Below are positions 46,182-51,118 of a stretch of 51,118 nt of DNA, one piece after another. Origin of the DNA: an uncultured archaeon (GTDB lineage: Archaea > CAYQAE01); NCBI GenBank assembly GCA_964415445.1, contig CAYQAE010000005.1, forward strand, positions 1 through 51,118, written 5' to 3'. The stretch's first letter is position 1. Each line of letters begins with the position of its first letter. The notes below the pieces were generated by a model. It saw only the letters and a list, made by a program, of their open reading frames with translations, had not been told where the DNA came from and made no database searches. The translations under genes and the position numbers were made by a program.

Positions 46182-47000
46182 TTGTCTATTTTAAAATATC
46201 TAAATATAGATTCAGAAGGATATAAAATTGATTTTGAATCTTATTTCCATAAAAAAGGGATTATAGACTATACAATAGATAATGTAAGATATTTAAGTCA
46301 CAATAGTATAGCTAATAACTTTTTAGATCAAATAAATGAATATTTACATCCGGTCTTATCTAAATATTTCAATGAACAACTAAATACATTAATAATCACC
46401 AATTATGATGCAAAAGAGTTAAATAAAGAAATATTCAATTTTGGTATAGGCCCGATTGGAATTAATAGAAATTCAGAGCCAAAAGAATTATTGATAATTG
46501 AAAATAAATATTTTAGAAAAATAATAACTAAAAATAACATACTAGAAATTTTAATACTTCATGAAAAGAAGCATATAGACTTAAATTTTTCAACAGAGGA
46601 AATTAACTCTAAATTAAATGAAATCCCCTCTCAATTAGTTTATTCTCTAAAAAATATAATCGAAGACATATGGATAAATAAATCAATAAAAAAAGATCAT
46701 AATTTGAATTTAGAAGATTATTTTAACATTAAACATGATAAAATATATATAAATAAAATTAAAAACCAAATAGATCTAATTGCAGTTCTAAATTATTTTG
46801 CTACATCAGTTTTATCTAATCGATTTAATCTAGATATAATATCCTTATTTATATCTAAAGATGAAATAGAAAACAATAGTAAATTTAGATTAATATGTAA
46901 TATATTAAATAATGTTTTTGATCTAAAACCAAATAAAGAAAATCTAATAAGATCAATAAAAGATATATATAGTACTATAGATAAAAATAATTTGTTCTAA
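46182..47000 (+). CDS. hypothetical protein containing an HExxH motif (HEKKH)
   Basis: Long AT-rich ORF with a TTG start. ILILHEKKHIDL is the only recognisable motif, so a metalloprotease role is speculative. Confidence 0.3.
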   Translation: MSILKYLNIDSEGYKIDFESYFHKKGIIDYTIDNVRYLSHNSIANNFLDQINEYLHPVLSKYFNEQLNTLIITNYDAKELNKEIFNFGIGPIGINRNSEPKELLIIENKYFRKIITKNNILEILILHEKKHIDLNFSTEEINSKLNEIPSQLVYSLKNIIEDIWINKSIKKDHNLNLEDYFNIKHDKIYINKIKNQIDLIAVLNYFATSVLSNRFNLDIISLFISKDEIENNSKFRLICNILNNVFDLKPNKENLIRSIKDIYSTIDKNNLF

Positions 47001-47047
47001 ATATATATATCAATCATTTTTGAAAATAAATAATCTACATTAAGCAT

Positions 47048-48226
47048 TTATATCCCACTTGCTGTTTTTCTCTTATCAATAAAATATTGAAAAATAGTAT
47101 AAATTATTGGCAACAAAGTAATAATGCTTGCAGCCAAAAAAACGGCACTTAGATCAAATCCACCCAATATTAATGCAAACATAGGAGGAGAAACAGTTTG
47201 TCCCAAATAAATCATCATGCTAAATACAGACATAACGCCAGCTCGTAACTCATTAGGTGCTTTTTCAGTTGCAACAGTAGTTATAGTTGGCATCAGTAGT
47301 GAAAAACCAATTCCCCATATATTAATGGCAAAAATATCCATATCAAGCTTTGAGCTAGTGAAATTAAAAACAATGCAAACCCACAAATACAAAAACCCCC
47401 AAATATAAGCAAATGTTCATCAAAAAATTTTCTGAACTTACCTGTTTGTGATGAAAATAAAGCGGCAGTTGTAGATCCTACAGATAAAGCTAAGCCAGCA
47501 AAAGCTGTTGAAAAATCTAATTCATCAGTAATAATCATTGGAACATAAACAACTATACAATAGAGCAAAACAAACATCATAAAATTTGTGAAAAAAATCC
47601 AAATAGTTTTTGAATGTCTTATAACTACTCCAGCTGCTTTAATATATTGTTTAAATGTATTTTTCTCTACGTCTTCAATAGTATCCAGCTTCATCCATAC
47701 TAAAACTCCCACAGGAATCGCCAAAGAATAAATCAAAAAAGGATAAAACCAAGCAATTGTTGCCAAAAATCCAGCAAGGAGGAACATTATTGCATTAACT
47801 AAATTTTGTGCAGATGTTCTATAACCCATAGCTTTAGCTCTTTCATAATCTTGGAAAAGATCACCTATCAACGTGACACCAATATTCATCATGCCTGTCA
47901 CACAAATACCTTGCATAGCTCTCAAAATAAGTACTGTAAAAAAAATTATTTGCAAAAACTATTGCTACACTTGCAATACCGAATAATAATACACAAGGAA
48001 CAATTACTATTTTTCTTCCAATACGATCAGCAAGTACACCGAGTATAGGAGTAAATATTAATGTAAATAAAGTATAAACACTTAAAATCCAACCTACAGA
48101 AGTTTTAGTTGTTCCAAGCAATTCAACTAATGCCGGCAGAATTGGGCCAATGATACTTCTACCCATAACAGCCATAATTACAATGCTTAGTATTAACAGA
48201 AAATTTTTGTTTTTAGAAAGACTCAT
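47048..48226 (-). pseudogene. MFS transporter interrupted by two homopolymer frameshifts (three ORF pieces)
   Basis: The pieces 47861-48226 (GVLADRIGRK), 47293-47955 (LILRAMQGICV...) and 47048-47392 are collinear for a full-length MFS transporter. The frames rejoin at an A8 run (47938-47945) and an A5 run (47330-47334). Confidence 0.75.
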
Positions 48227-48343
48227 ATTTACTAATAAACTTAAATATATATTTAAATTCTAGTAAAAACACTTATTTAGTATTTTTATAAAAAAGTAAA
48301 TTACTTAAAGCTTCTATGTTGCACTGTATTTAGGAGTTTTTGG

Positions 48344-48886
48344 ATGAAAATTGTAAATGGTATTCGCGGATATCTCAGAGAGATGAGTTCAATATTTAGG
48401 AGAGGAAAAAAAGTTGCTATCTTAATAGATGGACCAAATATGCTTCGAAAAGATTTAAATGTGGAATTAAAACATATTAAAGATTATGTTACAGAATTAG
48501 GTCAAGTTAATATTAGTAAAGTCTTTTTAAATGAAAAAGCTTCTGAAAAATTGATGGAAGCCCTAAGTAATGAAGGTTTTTCTCCTGTAGTTGTCTCTGG
48601 AAGTATAGGAATTATGCTAACTATAGAAGCTATGGATGTAATATACAACCCAAATATTGATGTTTTAGTGCTTGGAGCAAGAAATGCAGGATATAAACAT
48701 ATTCTTTCAAAAGCAAAAGAAAACGGAAAAGAAACAGTTATTATTGGTTGTGAACCGGGATTTAGCATTGCACTACAAAAAGCAGCAGATTATGTAATAG
48801 ATGCTACACATATTGCTGAAGAGATCAAAAAATTAGAAGAAGAGAGTGAAGATAAAAAAAGAAAAAGAAAAAATAGAAATAACTAA
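48344..48886 (+). CDS. NYN-domain (LabA/DUF88, TIGR00288-like) protein
   Basis: Contains KKVAILIDGPNMLRK, a central EAMDVIYNPNIDVLVLGARNAGY and GKETVIIGCEPGFSIAL. AGGAG SD. The C-terminal tail is basic. Confidence 0.7.
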   Translation: MKIVNGIRGYLREMSSIFRRGKKVAILIDGPNMLRKDLNVELKHIKDYVTELGQVNISKVFLNEKASEKLMEALSNEGFSPVVVSGSIGIMLTIEAMDVIYNPNIDVLVLGARNAGYKHILSKAKENGKETVIIGCEPGFSIALQKAADYVIDATHIAEEIKKLEEESEDKKRKRKNRNN

Positions 48887-48944
48887 TCTAAAAAAAGCTT
48901 TTTTTAGCAAAAATCTTAAAACACAAAAAATAGTAGGTATTATC

Positions 48945-49175
48945 ATGACAGTTGCATTTGCCTTAATTACAGTTGAGCCAAAAAACGAAAAAGAACTTAT
49001 TGAAAGCCTCAAAAAATACAAAGAAATAATAAAAATATGGGAAGTTTATGGTGAATATGATATAGTTGCAAAAATTGAAATAGAATCTCCAGAAAAATTG
49101 AATTTACTTATGACAGAAAAATTAAGAAAAGAAAAAGGCATCAAAAATACAAGCACTCTTTTAGCCTTTGAATAG
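48945..49175 (+). CDS. stand-alone Lrp/AsnC ligand-binding (RAM) domain protein (76 aa)
   Basis: AFALITVEPKNEKELIESLKKYKEIIKIWEVYGEYDIVAKIE fits AsnC_trans_reg. The ORF is open from 48846, but the ATG at 48945 has AGGT upstream and avoids overlapping the NYN gene. Confidence 0.6.
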   Translation: MTVAFALITVEPKNEKELIESLKKYKEIIKIWEVYGEYDIVAKIEIESPEKLNLLMTEKLRKEKGIKNTSTLLAFE

Positions 49176-49178
49176 GGA

Positions 49179-50539
49179 TTAATTATCTGATTTATTTAGA
49201 TATGAATAGACAAAATAATTAAAACTCTCAGAGATATCTAAAATATCTGAATTAAAAAGCAATTTTGAAGATTTAATATCTTCTTTTATGTTCTTTCCAG
49301 CCCCCAAATTATCTTTTGATAATATATTTTTGAAAAGATTTTTTATATCCGTATCTCTTTTTATCTCAATAACTATCTTGTCACCCGCAATCCAAGGACC
49401 ACTTAAGATTGCGTTATCCTTTTTATATTTCTCTAAAAAATTTTTAACATGATCATATTTACTAACAGGTGGGCCAAATAATCTTTTTACACCTGATATG
49501 TCTTTGCAATAAAGTTCAAACAAAATTAAGTTGAAGTTATTTTCTGAAAAATAATCATATCGCAATACTTGAATATCTTCTTTTTGCAAAGATCTAAAGA
49601 TTGCCTTTGCAGTTTTTTTAAGCTGTGGATATAATACATCTTCAACTAATGGTTTACTTTCAAAAAATATTCCTACAAAAAGAGTATTTCTTAAACTAAT
49701 AATTTTTCTAAGTTGATCCCTTTTAGGTAATTTAGGTTTCTTTTTGAAAAAAAAGGAAATATCAGGATTCTCATTGAATTTTTTTGCAAGATATATAAAC
49801 TTAAAATAATTAGATCTAGATAGAGCACTTGCTACATTCCTAAATTTATCAACAGGATCAATTACAACTAAATTTTCATAAAAACGCTTTAGGACTTCTC
49901 TTTGTGGAAAATGCTCTTCAATTTGAACTCCTTCCCTTTTTTTCCATCTACATACGTCTTCAATTAAACCTATAAATGATTCATATTTTAATATTAACAA
50001 CTCACATAAATATCCTGAAAAACCTTCAATTCTTGCTTCTGCACCATACAGACTATTTTCTTTAAGAAATTGTTTAAAAATACGAATTTCTGAAATTAAT
50101 TTAGAATTTAATCTGTCCATTAGATAATTATTATGAAAGGGAGTCCGATCAACAGCAGATTTTAAATCTGAGGCACTTTTTAGATCATAACAAGGCACAA
50201 TTTCAATCTTAAAATCTAAATACAATATTTGAACATAGGGATGTTCTGCATAATTAATTAAATAATCAGAATTTAGTTTTTTTGCAACTTCCCTACCTAC
50301 GTCAAGTCCTAATTTTTTCAATTCTTCTTTTGATAGATCTTCACTAAATTTCAAAAAAAAATCAATATCTTTATTTCCTCGCAACCAAGTGTCTCTTGCA
50401 ATTGAACCCACAAGTAATTCTTTAAATGAGATATTTGATTTAAAATAGATTTAACCTTATTTTTTGTATTTTTAACAATATCTCGCTCCTTTTGATTAGG
50501 TTCTACTTTTTGTTTTACTTCATCTAACAATTTATTCAA
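49179..50539 (-). CDS. cca: archaeal class I CCA-adding enzyme (tRNA nucleotidyltransferase), reading frame broken by a 1-nt indel near 50421-50426
   Basis: The main ORF (49179-50411) begins at VGSIARDTWLRGNKDIDFFLKF, which is the catalytic region. The missing ~40-aa N-terminus is in the 62-aa ORF 50351-50539 (MNKLLDEVKQKVEP...NQISHLK). The frames rejoin with a +1 nt correction in TTTAAA. Confidence 0.85.
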
Positions 50540-51102
50540 AATAAAACACCAAAAATATCCTCATATTCTGGACCTTGTGGTTTTAATTCACTTTTTTTCA
50601 AGACAATTGAATTAACTCTAAATTTAGAAAAAAATCTATCTCTGTTATTTTCAATTAATTTTACTAAATAAGACTTATCTTTTGCAGATTTTATTCTTGA
50701 AAACGTTATATGAGGATGATATCTTTTATCTTTTTTAAATCCTACTTTAGCTAATTTTTGATCTATTTTTTTGTGAATATCAAATATAATATCTTCACCT
50801 TCTAAAATTCCTGCCCAAATTACTTTTATATAATCCAAATTTGGAAAAGCACCTAAACCCACAACTGAAACATCAAATGGCTCCAAGTTTGTTGCAATAT
50901 TATCTAGAATTTTTCTAATTTTTTCGGTTTGAATATCATCTATGTCTCCTAAAAATTTCATAGTTATATGAAGATTTTCAGGACTTACATTTTTTGGTTT
51001 TATATCTAAACTATTTAAGTCAGATTGTATTTTGGAAATTTTAGACCGAGTATCATCATCTACCTCTATAGCAATAAAAGCTCGAGTCAAATTATCCACC
51101 AT
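50536..51102 (-). CDS. thpR: RNA 2',3'-cyclic phosphodiesterase ThpR (2'-5' RNA ligase LigT family)
   Basis: Contains two HxT/S motifs (LHITMKFLG and HPHITFSRI) in a 188-aa 2H-phosphoesterase layout. 4-nt overlap with the cca N-terminal ORF. Confidence 0.85.
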   Translation of the reverse strand: MVDNLTRAFIAIEVDDDTRSKISKIQSDLNSLDIKPKNVSPENLHITMKFLGDIDDIQTEKIRKILDNIATNLEPFDVSVVGLGAFPNLDYIKVIWAGILEGEDIIFDIHKKIDQKLAKVGFKKDKRYHPHITFSRIKSAKDKSYLVKLIENNRDRFFSKFRVNSIVLKKSELKPQGPEYEDIFGVLF

Positions 51103-51118
51103 ATCTAAAATAAAATTC

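Noticed and set aside
8499-48768. Remaining short antisense ORFs in the track (8499-8741, 14357-14542, 19461-19664, 26525-26755, 29734-29943, 32292-32474, 37559-37744, 38576-38806, 40663-40869, 47217-47408, 47806-48048, 48502-48768, 48833-49021)
   Set aside because: Each is nested in or overlaps a longer opposite-strand gene that has clear family motifs. They are typical shadow ORFs of AT-rich coding DNA.

Overview
This is a strongly AT-rich (by eye about 30% G+C, not computed), very gene-dense archaeal chromosome fragment. I call about 60 genes and two tRNAs (Lys-CUU, Ser-UGA), neither with an encoded CCA. I saw no rRNA, CRISPR array, transposase or integrase. Archaeal hallmarks are Cgi121 (KEOPS), archaeal DtdA, ApgM, a class I CCA-adding enzyme next to ThpR/LigT, secF-secD, and an RHH (CdrS-like) gene coupled to ftsZ. 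Housekeeping genes include purSQL, sufC plus sufB/D, tldD/pmbA, argF, a UDP-sugar epimerase and an M50 protease. Accessory content: (1) a four-gene Bat-like module at 8.3-15.1 kb, with two giant membrane vWA proteins, a MoxR AAA+ ATPase and DUF58; (2) a zinc-ribbon-rich block of uncharacterised genes at 15.1-19.9 kb, with homing-endonuclease-associated repeats lacking a nuclease, a KaiC-like domain lacking a P-loop, and a Zn-ribbon/sHSP fusion; (3) a bacterial-type QueH; (4) an ars island (arsR / acr3-arsM-arsC-permease-thioredoxin-like); (5) two glycoside-hydrolase-like genes; (6) a Cas4-like nuclease beside an SPFH-like protein and an HExxH protein. At least four genes are interrupted by single-base frameshifts, mostly at homopolymer runs: the ars-linked permease, a GH, an MFS transporter and the normally essential cca. 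This suggests indel errors in the assembly at least as strongly as gene decay. All family assignments come from motif recognition by eye. No database search was run.
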